A stretch of DNA of 64,000 nt from Alphaproteobacteria bacterium (GTDB lineage: Bacteria > Pseudomonadota > Alphaproteobacteria > Rickettsiales > UBA8987), in contig JANPLD010000027.1 in the NCBI GenBank assembly GCA_031426355.1, positions 18,907-82,906 of the forward strand. Reading direction: 5' to 3'. A program made the translations under genes and the position numbers. Under the pieces are notes generated by a model. The model saw only the letters and a list, made by a program, of their open reading frames with translations. It was not told the DNA's origin and ran no database searches. Below are positions 41,062 through 50,711 of this stretch, piece after piece. Each line of letters opens with the position of its first letter. Within the stretch, counting starts at the first letter, position 1.

Positions 41062-41070
41062 AAGAATCTG

Positions 41071-42696
41071 TTAATATTCCAGAAACTTATTCGTAATTGG
41101 ATATCTCCTATCCCTACCAAAAGGTTTAGAAGAAATTTTTACGCCCGGCGCGCCTTGGCGGCGTTTGTATTCGGCGCGGTCGACGAGTTTTTCCACTTCG
41201 CGTATTGTGTTTGTTTTGAAGCCTTCTTTTTCAATATCCTCAACTGATTTATCAAGTTCGATCATCTCATATAGGATGCTATCAAGAATGGAATATTTTG
41301 GTAGTGTATCTTCATCTTTCTGGCCGGGGCGGAGTTCCGCGCTTGGCGCTTTGGTGATTATCCTGTTCGGGATCAGGTTTATTTTTTTGAGTTTGGTATC
41401 TTGCGGGATGTTGGAATTTCTCCACTTTGCAATTTCGTATACTCTGGTTTTGTACAGATCTTTAATGAGGTTATATCCGCCGCACATATCACCGTATAAA
41501 GTGCAATATCCAGTAGCTATCTCGCTTTTGTTTCCTGTCGAAAGAAGCAGGTAACCAAATTTATTTGAGAGTGCCATTAGCAGAACGCCTCTTATACGTG
41601 CCTGCATATTTTCTTCAGCTAACCCTTGTTTTGTTCCTTTAAAGAACGGCGCAAGTGATTTTTCAAATGCTTTATAAGCTGGCTCAATATCAATATTATC
41701 AAGCTTCACTTTTAGGTTATCAGCAAGTTCTTTTGCATCATCCAGGCTTTCATCAGAAGTATATTTTGAAGGCAGCATAACTGTTTTTACCTTATCACTT
41801 CCGAGCGCATCAGCTGCTATTACTGCTGATATGGCTGAATCTATCCCACCACTTAAACCCAATATTATGCCGGTGAAGTTGTTTTTATGAACATAATCGC
41901 GAAGCGCAAGCATCATCGCCTGATAGATATGTTCAGGCTCATTTATGATCGTTAATTGTTTCGGTTTCGCTTTTTTTACTTCATCAGTATCGAAAATTTT
42001 TACATCTTCGCGGAAGAAATCCATCTGTGCGAAAACTTTGCCGTTGCCCGACATTACAAAGCTACCGCCATCAAATACCAGATCATCATGACCGCAAACC
42101 TGATTAACGTAATATACCGGTATATTGCCACCGCCTTTTACAGCATTAGCGCCTATCTCCATTCTCTTGGCATGCTTGGTGCGCTCAAATGGGGAGGCGT
42201 TCACTGATAAAATAAATTCTGCGCCTTTTAACCCTTCGGCATTTTCCTTGCTCCATGTGTCTTCACATATCAGCATACCGATGGTTTTGCCTTTATACTT
42301 AAATGGCACTGGTTTTTTTCCGCCTTTGAATACGCGTTTTTCATCAAATACGCCGTAATTTGGCAGGTCATATTTATATTGTTTGTGGATTATCTTGCCT
42401 TTGGAAACAATAAGAGCGGCATTATATATATTGCCATTTTCTTTCCATGGGGTGTTGATCAGAATATCTGCTTTGGCATTTTTAGTGGCGGCAATTATCT
42501 TGTCAGTAAAAGCCAGAGATTTCTGAACGAATTCAGGGCGTGCAACCATATCTTCACCGGGATATCCGCATACGCAAAGCTCCGGGAAAACTACCAAGTC
42601 AACATTCTGGTTCTCCTTGAATGTTTTTATTATCTTATCAACGTTGCGGCCAAAATCCCCGACCGTAAAATTCATCTGTGCCAATGCGATTTTCAT
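41071..42696 (-). CDS. nadE: glutamine-dependent NAD+ synthetase (CN-hydrolase domain + NAD synthetase domain)
   Basis: 541 aa. N-terminal nitrilase-like region (FPEL..CGY, ICED) and a C-terminal SGGIDS PP-loop. Confidence 0.9.
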   Translation of the reverse strand: MKIALAQMNFTVGDFGRNVDKIIKTFKENQNVDLVVFPELCVCGYPGEDMVARPEFVQKSLAFTDKIIAATKNAKADILINTPWKENGNIYNAALIVSKGKIIHKQYKYDLPNYGVFDEKRVFKGGKKPVPFKYKGKTIGMLICEDTWSKENAEGLKGAEFILSVNASPFERTKHAKRMEIGANAVKGGGNIPVYYVNQVCGHDDLVFDGGSFVMSGNGKVFAQMDFFREDVKIFDTDEVKKAKPKQLTIINEPEHIYQAMMLALRDYVHKNNFTGIILGLSGGIDSAISAVIAADALGSDKVKTVMLPSKYTSDESLDDAKELADNLKVKLDNIDIEPAYKAFEKSLAPFFKGTKQGLAEENMQARIRGVLLMALSNKFGYLLLSTGNKSEIATGYCTLYGDMCGGYNLIKDLYKTRVYEIAKWRNSNIPQDTKLKKINLIPNRIITKAPSAELRPGQKDEDTLPKYSILDSILYEMIELDKSVEDIEKEGFKTNTIREVEKLVDRAEYKRRQGAPGVKISSKPFGRDRRYPITNKFLEY

Positions 42697-42753
42697 AACT
42701 TCGTTATTTTATTTTTTGAAATTTAATTATACAAAGCTAAGTAATAAAAGAAA

Positions 42754-42840
42754 GTGTCATGCCTGCATAGGTAGGTATCCAGCCAGAACAATATTCTGAA
42801 CTGTAACTTCTCTGGATTCCTGCCTATGCGGCAATGACAC
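42754..42840. repeat. 87-bp palindromic (MITE/RPE-like) repeat, GTGTCAT...ATGACAC family
   Basis: The 29-nt terminal arms are mutually inverted. Each arm matches the arms of the 47038-47124 copy (in reversed orientation) at 24/29 positions by manual alignment, and both copies are exactly 87 bp. Confidence 0.7.
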
Positions 42841-42879
42841 GGAAGTATTTTGTTATTAGATAGGTTTCCTTGGATTTTA

Positions 42880-44442
42880 TCAATGCTTGAAATGTCTTAT
42901 TCCGGTGAATACCATTGCCAGATTGTGTTTATCTGCCGCTTCGATCACTTCATTGTCACGAACTGAGCCACCGGGCTGGATAACTGCTGTTATGCCTTCT
43001 GCCGCAGCTGCTTCCAAGCCATCAGCAAATGGGAAGAATGCATCGGAGGCAAGTACTGAACCTTTGGCGCTCTCAGTATTTTTATTGGTTTCTTTTGCTT
43101 TCCACGCACCGATCCTTGATGAATCTATGCGGCTCATTTGCCCTGCGCCTATACCAATGGTGGAGCCATCTTTAACGTAAACTATCGCGTTTGATTTAAC
43201 ATGTTTGCACACAGTAAATGCGAATATCATATCCTGCAGTTCTTTTTCTGTGGGTTTACGTTTCGTAACGATTTTTAAATTATCAAAATCTGCAACCATG
43301 TCGTCTTTATCCTGTAGCAGGAAACCGCCTCGTATAGCTTGGATCTTAAGCTCTTTCTGATTTGGTTTTACTGTCCAGAGACCAGTTTCAACTACTCTGA
43401 GGTTTTTCTTGGTAGCAAATATCTCTAATGCGTCTTTACTGTAAGATGGCGCGATTATAACTTCGCAGAATATCTTTGCTGCTTTTTCCGCTGTTTTTCC
43501 GTCCACTTCCCTGTTGAATGCGAATATACCGCCAAATGAAGATACCGGGTCGCAGTTAAGTGCTTTGTCAAAAGCCTTATCAAGGTCAGTATCAACCGCA
43601 ACACCACATGGATTGTTGTGTTTTACGATAGCAGCAGCTGGTTCCTTAAATTCATTTACCAACTCATAAGCTGAGTCTGCATCTAGAATATTATTATAGC
43701 TGAGTTCTTTGCCCTGCAAAAATTTTGCATTGGCAACTGAAGGGATTGAATTGTCGGAAATATAAAGTGACGCTCTCTGGTGAGGGTTTTCACCATATCT
43801 CAGCTGAGTTTTCCTTTCTGCTGATATTGCCATTTTCTCAGGGAAAGCAACGCCAATCTGGGAATCAAACCATGTAGAGATAGCGCCGTCATAAACAGCA
43901 GTTCTTGAGAATGCTTCTGCGGCAAGTGCTCTGCTTACATCTTTACTGATAGAGCCGTTATTGCTTTTCATCGTTTCCATTAACCCTGCGTATCTTTCAG
44001 GATTTACAACAACAACAACGAATTTGTGGTTTTTAGCGGCAGAGCGGATCATTGAAGGGCCGCCAATATCAATATTTTCGATCACTTCTTCAAATTCCGC
44101 ACCTTTTTTAACAGTTTCTTCAAAGGCGTAAAGATTCACTACAACCATATCAATTGGCTCAATATCATGTGTGCCCATTGCCTGAATATGCTCCTTATTG
44201 TCACGAACTCCAAGCAGACCACCATGAACTTTCGGGTGGAGGGTTTTTACCCTGCCATCCATAATTTCCGGAAAGCCAGTATATTCGGAGATATCAGTAA
44301 CTTTAACTTTATTATCTTTTAAAGTTTTTGCGGTGCCGCCAGTTGAGATTATCTCAACATTTTGTGACTGCAGGAATTTTGCAAATTCAACTATTCCTAT
44401 CTTATCCGTTACTGAAATTAATGCGCGCTTTATTTTTATCAT
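42880..44442 (-). CDS. purH: bifunctional AICAR formyltransferase / IMP cyclohydrolase
   Basis: 520 aa. N-terminal MGS-like ALISVTDK...GGTA, and a C-terminal ending RHFKH. Confidence 0.95.
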   Translation of the reverse strand: MIKIKRALISVTDKIGIVEFAKFLQSQNVEIISTGGTAKTLKDNKVKVTDISEYTGFPEIMDGRVKTLHPKVHGGLLGVRDNKEHIQAMGTHDIEPIDMVVVNLYAFEETVKKGAEFEEVIENIDIGGPSMIRSAAKNHKFVVVVVNPERYAGLMETMKSNNGSISKDVSRALAAEAFSRTAVYDGAISTWFDSQIGVAFPEKMAISAERKTQLRYGENPHQRASLYISDNSIPSVANAKFLQGKELSYNNILDADSAYELVNEFKEPAAAIVKHNNPCGVAVDTDLDKAFDKALNCDPVSSFGGIFAFNREVDGKTAEKAAKIFCEVIIAPSYSKDALEIFATKKNLRVVETGLWTVKPNQKELKIQAIRGGFLLQDKDDMVADFDNLKIVTKRKPTEKELQDMIFAFTVCKHVKSNAIVYVKDGSTIGIGAGQMSRIDSSRIGAWKAKETNKNTESAKGSVLASDAFFPFADGLEAAAAEGITAVIQPGGSVRDNEVIEAADKHNLAMVFTGIRHFKH

Positions 44443-44554
44443 ACTAGAATCGTATTTGATATATGTTTAATAATGATTAGTCCTTTGACATTTACACGCT
44501 GTTATAGTTAACTAATTTTTCAGATAAATAGAAAAGATTTAATAAAGGGAAGCT

Positions 44555-45985
44555 TTGGTTTTTGAAAATTACAATTCTGCTGGGTTCTATGATGAGCTTT
44601 TTGATGAGAATCAAAAGGCGAGGGCGGCTGCCATGCCGCTGGTGTGGGATCTTTCCTACGCAACCATGAATGATATCAGAAAAAAGCAGCTAGCTGCTGA
44701 AACCCTGCTGATGCAGACAGGTGTAACCTTTACCGTATATGGTGATAAGCGCTCAACTGAGAAGATAATGCCGTTTGATATCATCCCGCGTATTGTCTCT
44801 TCTTCAGACTGGGATTTTATTGAGAAAGGACTTAAACAACGTATTCAGGCGCTAAACCTATTTCTCGCTGATTGTTATGGTGAGAAGAAAATTTTTGAGG
44901 CTGGATTGATCCCGCCTGATCTTATCTATAAAAGTGAATTCTATATACCGCAGTTACAAGGATTTCGCCCCCCAAAAGATATCTGGGTTCATATCAGCGG
45001 TATTGATCTGGTTCGCGGTGGTGATGGTGAATATTATATATTAGAGGATAATCTCCGCTGCCCTTCAGGTGTTTCTTATGTCCTTGAGAACCGTGAAATA
45101 TTAAAGCGTACTTTTCCGCAGGTGTTCAGTTCTATCAATGTGCGTCCGGTAAGTAATTATCCGAGTGAATTATTTAATGCCTTAAAATACCTTGTGGAAG
45201 AAGTGGAAAACCCGACAATAGTTGTGTTAACGCCAGGTGTTTATAATTCTGCGTATTTTGAGCATTCATATCTTGCCCAGCAGATGGGCGTTGAATTAGT
45301 TGAAGGTTCTGACTTAATAGTGCGTGATGATGTGGTATACATGAAAACCACTAAAGGCCTACAAAAAGTTGATGTTATTTATCGCCGAATCGACGATGAA
45401 TATCTTGATCCGAAATTCTTCCGTCCTGAATCAATGCTTGGTGTTCCGGGTATCATGAGTGCTTACCTTGCCGGTAATGTTGCACTTGTTAATGCCCCGG
45501 GTGTTGGTATTGCAGATGATAAAGTTGTATATTCGTACGTTCCTGAAATAATAAAATTCTATCTTGATGAAGAGCCTATACTTAAAAATGTGCCAACTTA
45601 TCTATGCTGGCGTGAAGAGGACAGGAAATATGTGATAGAAAATATTGAGAAACTTGTTGTAAAAGCTGCAACGCTATCTGGAGGTTATGGACTCCTTATT
45701 GGTCCTCATTCTACTAAAGAGCAACAGCAGGATTTTATAAATAAAATAAATGAAGACCCGAGGAATTATATTGCCCAGCATGTTATTAACCTTTCAACTG
45801 TGCCAACTATCACTGATGAAGGTTTGCAGCCGCGACATGTGGATCTTCGCCCGTATATAATTTATGGTAAGGAAACATATATTTCTCCGGGTGGCCTCAC
45901 AAGGGTGGCGCTTCGTAAAGGTTCGCTAGTTGTTAATTCTTCACAGGGTGGCGGTAGTAAAGACACCTGGGTGGTCGCAGATTAA
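44555..45985 (+). CDS. circularly permuted type-2 ATP-grasp protein (COG2308-type)
   Basis: 476 aa with a TTG start (no upstream ATG in frame). The family-typical N-terminal region reads YDELFDE...GVTFTVYGD...PFDIIPRI...W..IEKGLKQRIQALNLFL.D.Y, and downstream are NAPGVGIADDK and GGGSKDTWV. Confidence 0.8.
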   Translation: MVFENYNSAGFYDELFDENQKARAAAMPLVWDLSYATMNDIRKKQLAAETLLMQTGVTFTVYGDKRSTEKIMPFDIIPRIVSSSDWDFIEKGLKQRIQALNLFLADCYGEKKIFEAGLIPPDLIYKSEFYIPQLQGFRPPKDIWVHISGIDLVRGGDGEYYILEDNLRCPSGVSYVLENREILKRTFPQVFSSINVRPVSNYPSELFNALKYLVEEVENPTIVVLTPGVYNSAYFEHSYLAQQMGVELVEGSDLIVRDDVVYMKTTKGLQKVDVIYRRIDDEYLDPKFFRPESMLGVPGIMSAYLAGNVALVNAPGVGIADDKVVYSYVPEIIKFYLDEEPILKNVPTYLCWREEDRKYVIENIEKLVVKAATLSGGYGLLIGPHSTKEQQQDFINKINEDPRNYIAQHVINLSTVPTITDEGLQPRHVDLRPYIIYGKETYISPGGLTRVALRKGSLVVNSSQGGGSKDTWVVAD

Positions 45986-45997
45986 AAAATAAAAATT

Positions 45998-46924
45998 ATG
46001 TTAAGCAGAGTTGCAGAAAATTTATACTGGTTATCACGTTATATGGAGCGCGCAGAGAATATTGCTCGCCTTATAGATGTGAATTACCACCTTATGCTTG
46101 ATATGCCGCATTCTGATGCGGAGCAGTGGGAACCCATTATAATTTCACTCAATGAAGAAGATGAATATAAGAAAAGATATTCCGGATTTGCGCGTGAAAA
46201 TGTTATCCAGTTCCTTACTTTTGATGAGCAGAACCCGAATTCAATAATATCTTCGGTAAATTCAGCGCGTTTTAATGCCCGTACTGTTCGTGAGTCAATT
46301 TCTCCTGAAATGTGGGAAGAGATAAATAATCTTTATCACTATATTAAGCACTTCAAGGAAGATCAAAATGAGGTTGATGATTATAAAGAATTATACAGGC
46401 ATATAGTTAAAGCTAGCCACTTATTCCTTGGAACAACTGATAGAACCATGATCCATGAAGAAGCATGGAGATTTATTAGATTAGGCCGATTACTTGAACG
46501 TGCTGATAAAACTACCCGCATATTAGATGTAAAATATTTCATACTTCTGCCTTCTGTATATGATGTAAATACTTCCCTTGATGATATCCAATGGGGTGCA
46601 CTCCTTAAATCTGCCAGCGTATTTGAAGCCTATCGCAGAAAGCATAACCGCATAGATTATGATTCAGTTCTGGATTTCCTTATACTTGAGAAAAGACTAC
46701 CGCGTAGTGTTAGATATTGCATTGATGGGGCTTTTAGTACAGCAGCAAAAATATCTCCTAATTTAAAAGGTGAAACATATAATAACCTTTTTAACCTTAC
46801 CAAAGAACTTGCGAACAAATCTGTCGCAGAGATAAAATTCTATGGTCTGCATGAGTATCTTGATCTCCTCCAGCAGAAGATCAACGCCATAGGTGATGGT
46901 GTTTATCAGGATTATTTTTTATAG
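45998..46924 (+). CDS. alpha-E domain-containing protein (COG2307-type)
   Basis: 308 aa. Family-typical N-terminus MLSRVAENLYWLSRYMERAENIARLIDV. It lies 12 nt downstream of the ATP-grasp gene. Confidence 0.8.
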   Translation: MLSRVAENLYWLSRYMERAENIARLIDVNYHLMLDMPHSDAEQWEPIIISLNEEDEYKKRYSGFARENVIQFLTFDEQNPNSIISSVNSARFNARTVRESISPEMWEEINNLYHYIKHFKEDQNEVDDYKELYRHIVKASHLFLGTTDRTMIHEEAWRFIRLGRLLERADKTTRILDVKYFILLPSVYDVNTSLDDIQWGALLKSASVFEAYRRKHNRIDYDSVLDFLILEKRLPRSVRYCIDGAFSTAAKISPNLKGETYNNLFNLTKELANKSVAEIKFYGLHEYLDLLQQKINAIGDGVYQDYFL

Positions 46925-47037
46925 GGTAAAAATTTTTGTTTTTTTAATTATAACAAAAAATAATTAAGAAAGGTTAGTGAGACCAAGATTTTTAGTAGAG
47001 GTTTTACAATCTGAGATTAAATTCTAATTAGATCAAA

Positions 47038-47124
47038 GTGTCATTCCCGCGAAGGCGGGAATCTAGAGAAGTTGTAGTTCTAAATATTATTTAGGCTAGA
47101 TACCTGCCTTCGCAGGTATGACAC
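47038..47124. repeat. 87-bp palindromic (MITE/RPE-like) repeat, GTGTCAT...ATGACAC family
   Basis: gtgtcattcccgcgaaggcgggaatctag ... ctagatacctgccttcgcaggtatgacac. The arms are inverted copies of each other (24/29), and each arm contains its own small GC hairpin. The element lies between convergent genes. Confidence 0.7.
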
Positions 47125-47162
47125 ATTATATTTGTAATTGTATATCTTTCTAAAGTTTTTGG

Positions 47163-50100
47163 TTAAACCCTTCTTAAATCTAAAGTCAGCGGAAAATCAG
47201 GTGATGGTTGGTAAGCTACTGTCTTAACTTTTCTTTTGCTATGTCCAATAGTTTCAAAGCGGCTGATCATGCGACCTTCTGCCTCATTTACGTTTACTGG
47301 CATTTTTTCATAATTTCTGCCACCGGGGTGAACTACATGATATTTACAACCGCCGATAGATATGCCCGTGCTTCTATCAATAACATCAAAAACTAGGGGG
47401 CTATTTACGGGTAGGTTAGGGTGCATAGCATATGGAAGATCCCAGGCCTTGAATCGTAATCCAAATGAAGGTGAATTATCATAGATAGGAGAGCAGTCTA
47501 CGCCATTAACTGTCAGCATGTATTTTTTGCTATCAAGGCCATTAACTTTTATCTGCATCCTTTCAATTGCCGAATCAACGCCGCGGGCAGTTGCGCCGGC
47601 AATAGTTTCTTCACCAAGAACAAGCCAAGGCTCCAAAGCCATGCGGAGTTCAATATTTACGTCTCCAATTTTGGCTTCGCCATACTTTGGAAACCTGAAG
47701 TCATGCTGTGCTAAAAACCATTCTTTTTCAAAAGAATAACCATTAGAATTCAAGTAATTTATTATGCTGGAAAAGTCTTCCCATACAAAATGCGGGAGCA
47801 TGAATTTGTCATGGAGATGAGTACCCCATCGTATTAATTTTCCATCATATGGTTTTTTCCAGAAGCTTGTAACTAATGCCCTGAGCAGAAGGATTTGTAG
47901 TAGATTCATTCTGGAGTGAGGTGTCATTTCGAATCCGCGGAATTCTACTAATCCTAATCTCCCTCTTTCAAGTTCAGGAGTATAAAGCTTATCAATACAT
48001 ATTTCTGTGCGGTGAGTATTGCCCGATGAATCTATAAGTATATTCCTGAGCAGTCTATCTATCAGCCAGAATGGCATTTTTTTATTTTTATCGATCTGTG
48101 AAAGTGCGATCTCAAGTTCATATAGGCTATCATTTCTAGCTTCATCTATCCTTGGTGCCTGTGAGGTTGGGCCCATGAAAATGGATGAGAAAAGATATGA
48201 AAGGCTAGGATGGTTCTGCCAGAATAGTATAATGCTTTTTATCAGGTCTGGTCTTCTAAGAAAAGGCGAGTCAGAAGGTGTTTCACCGCCCATAACTATA
48301 TGGTTACCGCCGCCAGTGCCGATCTTCCTACCATCTACCATGAATTTCTCGGCGGTGAGCTTGCAATATTTTGCTTCCTCATAAATGGTTTCATTTATGA
48401 ATTTTAGGTCATCCCAATTTTTTGCCGGTTGAACATTCACCTCTATTACGCCCGGGTCAGGTGTGATATGAAAATTCTTAGTGCGTGGGTCTCGTGGTGG
48501 TTCATAACCCTCAATTATCACGGGGAGATTCAGGTTCTCCGCAATAGTTTCTATTGCGGCAACTAATTCCAGATAATGTTCAATGTAAAAAAGTGGTGGC
48601 ATGAAAATGTGGATTTTACCTTCCCGAACTTCAACGCAAAGTGAAGTTCTAACATATCCCATCTTATCTTTTGCTAGATATGATAGTTCACTTTCACTTG
48701 TTTTTTTTGAGCTACGCTCTTTTATTTTTTTCTGAATAATTTCGTGGCTGGGAAGATTCTCAAAATCATCAAAATTACTTCTCTCAGGAGGTGTTTCAAT
48801 TGCAGCTTCCTTTACAAAGGGAACTGAATTCAGAGGCAATCTATATCCAATTGGCGAATCACCCGGGATAAGCAGAAGATGTTTGCTCCTGAATTTCCAT
48901 AGGTTGGTTATCCATTTCTTACGTTTGATGGAATAGAGAAGGGGAACAACATAACCTTTTGGTGTGCCAAGGGTTTCTTTATCAAGCTTGAGAAGCCTTT
49001 TAACTTCATCGTCATCTTCAGCCTTTTTGATAAGTTGGCCTGTCAGCGGTAATATTCTTTCCTGAAGCAAATAATAGGGCACGTCTTCATATGCGGGTAA
49101 AATTGCATTTGATGGAAGGCCAAGTCCTTTGCAGATACCATCAATTATTTTTTTAGCGTCAGTTAGTTTATATGAATAATCTTTTGCAGGGTTAGCTATA
49201 AGCGCTTCATTTTTCCAGACAGGCTGATCATCTTTACGCCATTGGCAAAGATAAGCCCAGCGCGGTAAAGATTCCCCGCCATACCATTTTCCCTGACCAA
49301 ATTGAAGAACTGCACCTTTTGAGAATTTATTCTTTAATCTGAATAGTAAATCAATAGCTTTACGTTTTTTTTCATCGCCAAGCGCGGCTGTATTCCATTC
49401 CGGCGCATCACGGTTCTCGTTTGAGACAAAAGTTGGTTCGCCACCTAAAGTTAAGCGTATATCATTCTTTTTGATTTCTTCATCAACCTGTTTTGCGAGT
49501 TCCTCAATATCATTCCACTGTGAATCGCTTAATGGTTTTGTAACGCGTGTCGGTTCGTGTACACGCAGAACTTCCATTTGATAATCAATTGTGCTTTCGC
49601 ACATATCAAGCAGCCCTTCTACTGGCGCAGCGTTAGAAAAATGCGCGGCAGCAGCAAGTGGAATATGTCCTTCACCTGTGAGTAAGCCGGAGGTTGGGTC
49701 AAGCCCTATCCAGCCAGATCCGGGGATATAAATTTCCGTCCATGCGTGAAGGTCGACCACATCTTGCGCAACGCCAACCAAGTCACTATCAACTGGTTTT
49801 TCATCTGGTTTTAACTGGATCAGATATCCTGAAACAAACCTTGCTGCCACACCAAGATGGCGGAAAATATTGCAGAGCAGCCACGCCATATCCCTGCATG
49901 ATCCTGTTCCTAAGGTTAAAGTTTCTTCACATGTGAAAGTATTCTGTTCCAGCCTGATAGTATATTTTAAGCTCTCTGAAATCTTGCGGTTAAGAGCAAC
50001 AATGAAATCTATCGTATTTGTCGATCTTAAATTTTTGTCATTTTTTAATTTCTTAATAAAATTTAATAAGTTTTGGCCGCTTTCAGCAGGGCTTAAATAT

Positions 50101-50447
50101 TGAGCGAGTTCCGTTTTTAAATTCTCTTCATATTGAAAAGGAAAATTTTCATATTTTTTATCAAGGAAGAAATCAAAAGGGTTGATAATCCTGATCTCGG
50201 CTTTTATATCAACTTCAATTTTAAATTCATTCACGCGTTCAGGGAAAACTACATTGGCTATCCAGTTACCATATATGTCCTGGTACCAGTTCAGGAAATG
50301 TTCTTTTGGAAAGATATTCAGTGAATATGACTTAATAGGAATTTTACAATGTGGGGAAGGGCGCAGACGTATCGTCTGAGGCGCCAGATTTATCGGCCTG
50401 TCATATTTATAGTGAGTTACATGTGTTACAGATGTTAGAATGGACAT
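47163..50447 (-). CDS. large transglutaminase-family protein (Bact_transglu_N + transglutaminase core + DUF2126-like C-terminal ~750 aa; COG4196-type)
   Basis: 1094 aa. N-terminal THVTHYKYDRPI...IRLRP, and a Cys-His-Asp triad context (GSCRDMAWLL, DLHAWTEIYIPGSGW, GLDPTSG). The long C-terminal region is typical of ~1100-aa members. Confidence 0.85.
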   Translation of the reverse strand: MSILTSVTHVTHYKYDRPINLAPQTIRLRPSPHCKIPIKSYSLNIFPKEHFLNWYQDIYGNWIANVVFPERVNEFKIEVDIKAEIRIINPFDFFLDKKYENFPFQYEENLKTELAQYLSPAESGQNLLNFIKKLKNDKNLRSTNTIDFIVALNRKISESLKYTIRLEQNTFTCEETLTLGTGSCRDMAWLLCNIFRHLGVAARFVSGYLIQLKPDEKPVDSDLVGVAQDVVDLHAWTEIYIPGSGWIGLDPTSGLLTGEGHIPLAAAAHFSNAAPVEGLLDMCESTIDYQMEVLRVHEPTRVTKPLSDSQWNDIEELAKQVDEEIKKNDIRLTLGGEPTFVSNENRDAPEWNTAALGDEKKRKAIDLLFRLKNKFSKGAVLQFGQGKWYGGESLPRWAYLCQWRKDDQPVWKNEALIANPAKDYSYKLTDAKKIIDGICKGLGLPSNAILPAYEDVPYYLLQERILPLTGQLIKKAEDDDEVKRLLKLDKETLGTPKGYVVPLLYSIKRKKWITNLWKFRSKHLLLIPGDSPIGYRLPLNSVPFVKEAAIETPPERSNFDDFENLPSHEIIQKKIKERSSKKTSESELSYLAKDKMGYVRTSLCVEVREGKIHIFMPPLFYIEHYLELVAAIETIAENLNLPVIIEGYEPPRDPRTKNFHITPDPGVIEVNVQPAKNWDDLKFINETIYEEAKYCKLTAEKFMVDGRKIGTGGGNHIVMGGETPSDSPFLRRPDLIKSIILFWQNHPSLSYLFSSIFMGPTSQAPRIDEARNDSLYELEIALSQIDKNKKMPFWLIDRLLRNILIDSSGNTHRTEICIDKLYTPELERGRLGLVEFRGFEMTPHSRMNLLQILLLRALVTSFWKKPYDGKLIRWGTHLHDKFMLPHFVWEDFSSIINYLNSNGYSFEKEWFLAQHDFRFPKYGEAKIGDVNIELRMALEPWLVLGEETIAGATARGVDSAIERMQIKVNGLDSKKYMLTVNGVDCSPIYDNSPSFGLRFKAWDLPYAMHPNLPVNSPLVFDVIDRSTGISIGGCKYHVVHPGGRNYEKMPVNVNEAEGRMISRFETIGHSKRKVKTVAYQPSPDFPLTLDLRRV

Positions 50448-50711
50448 AATATACTGTTTTGTAATGGGAAAATAATTTTCGGCTATTAATCTTTTATTAA
50501 GCTTTTCTATCTATAATAACTTTATCTTATTCTAAAGAAAAGCAATAGGAGATTGGGTATAAGGAATCCATATTAATTTAATGAAGTTCAAACAGTGGCT
50601 TTGTAATCAAATCTTAAATGAGAAAAACTATAAGAAGGGTAAGTACAATGACAATATAATTGCGGCGACTGGGTTTGATGTGTAATTTATTATTAAATAT
50701 AAATATATAAG

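Noticed and set aside
47395-47430. G-rich tract tagggggctatttacgggtaggttagggtg inside the DUF2126 gene, considered as a third copy of the G-rich palindromic element
   Set aside because: It shares only about 8 contiguous nucleotides (accctaac) with the other copies and has no inverted partner, so the evidence is insufficient.
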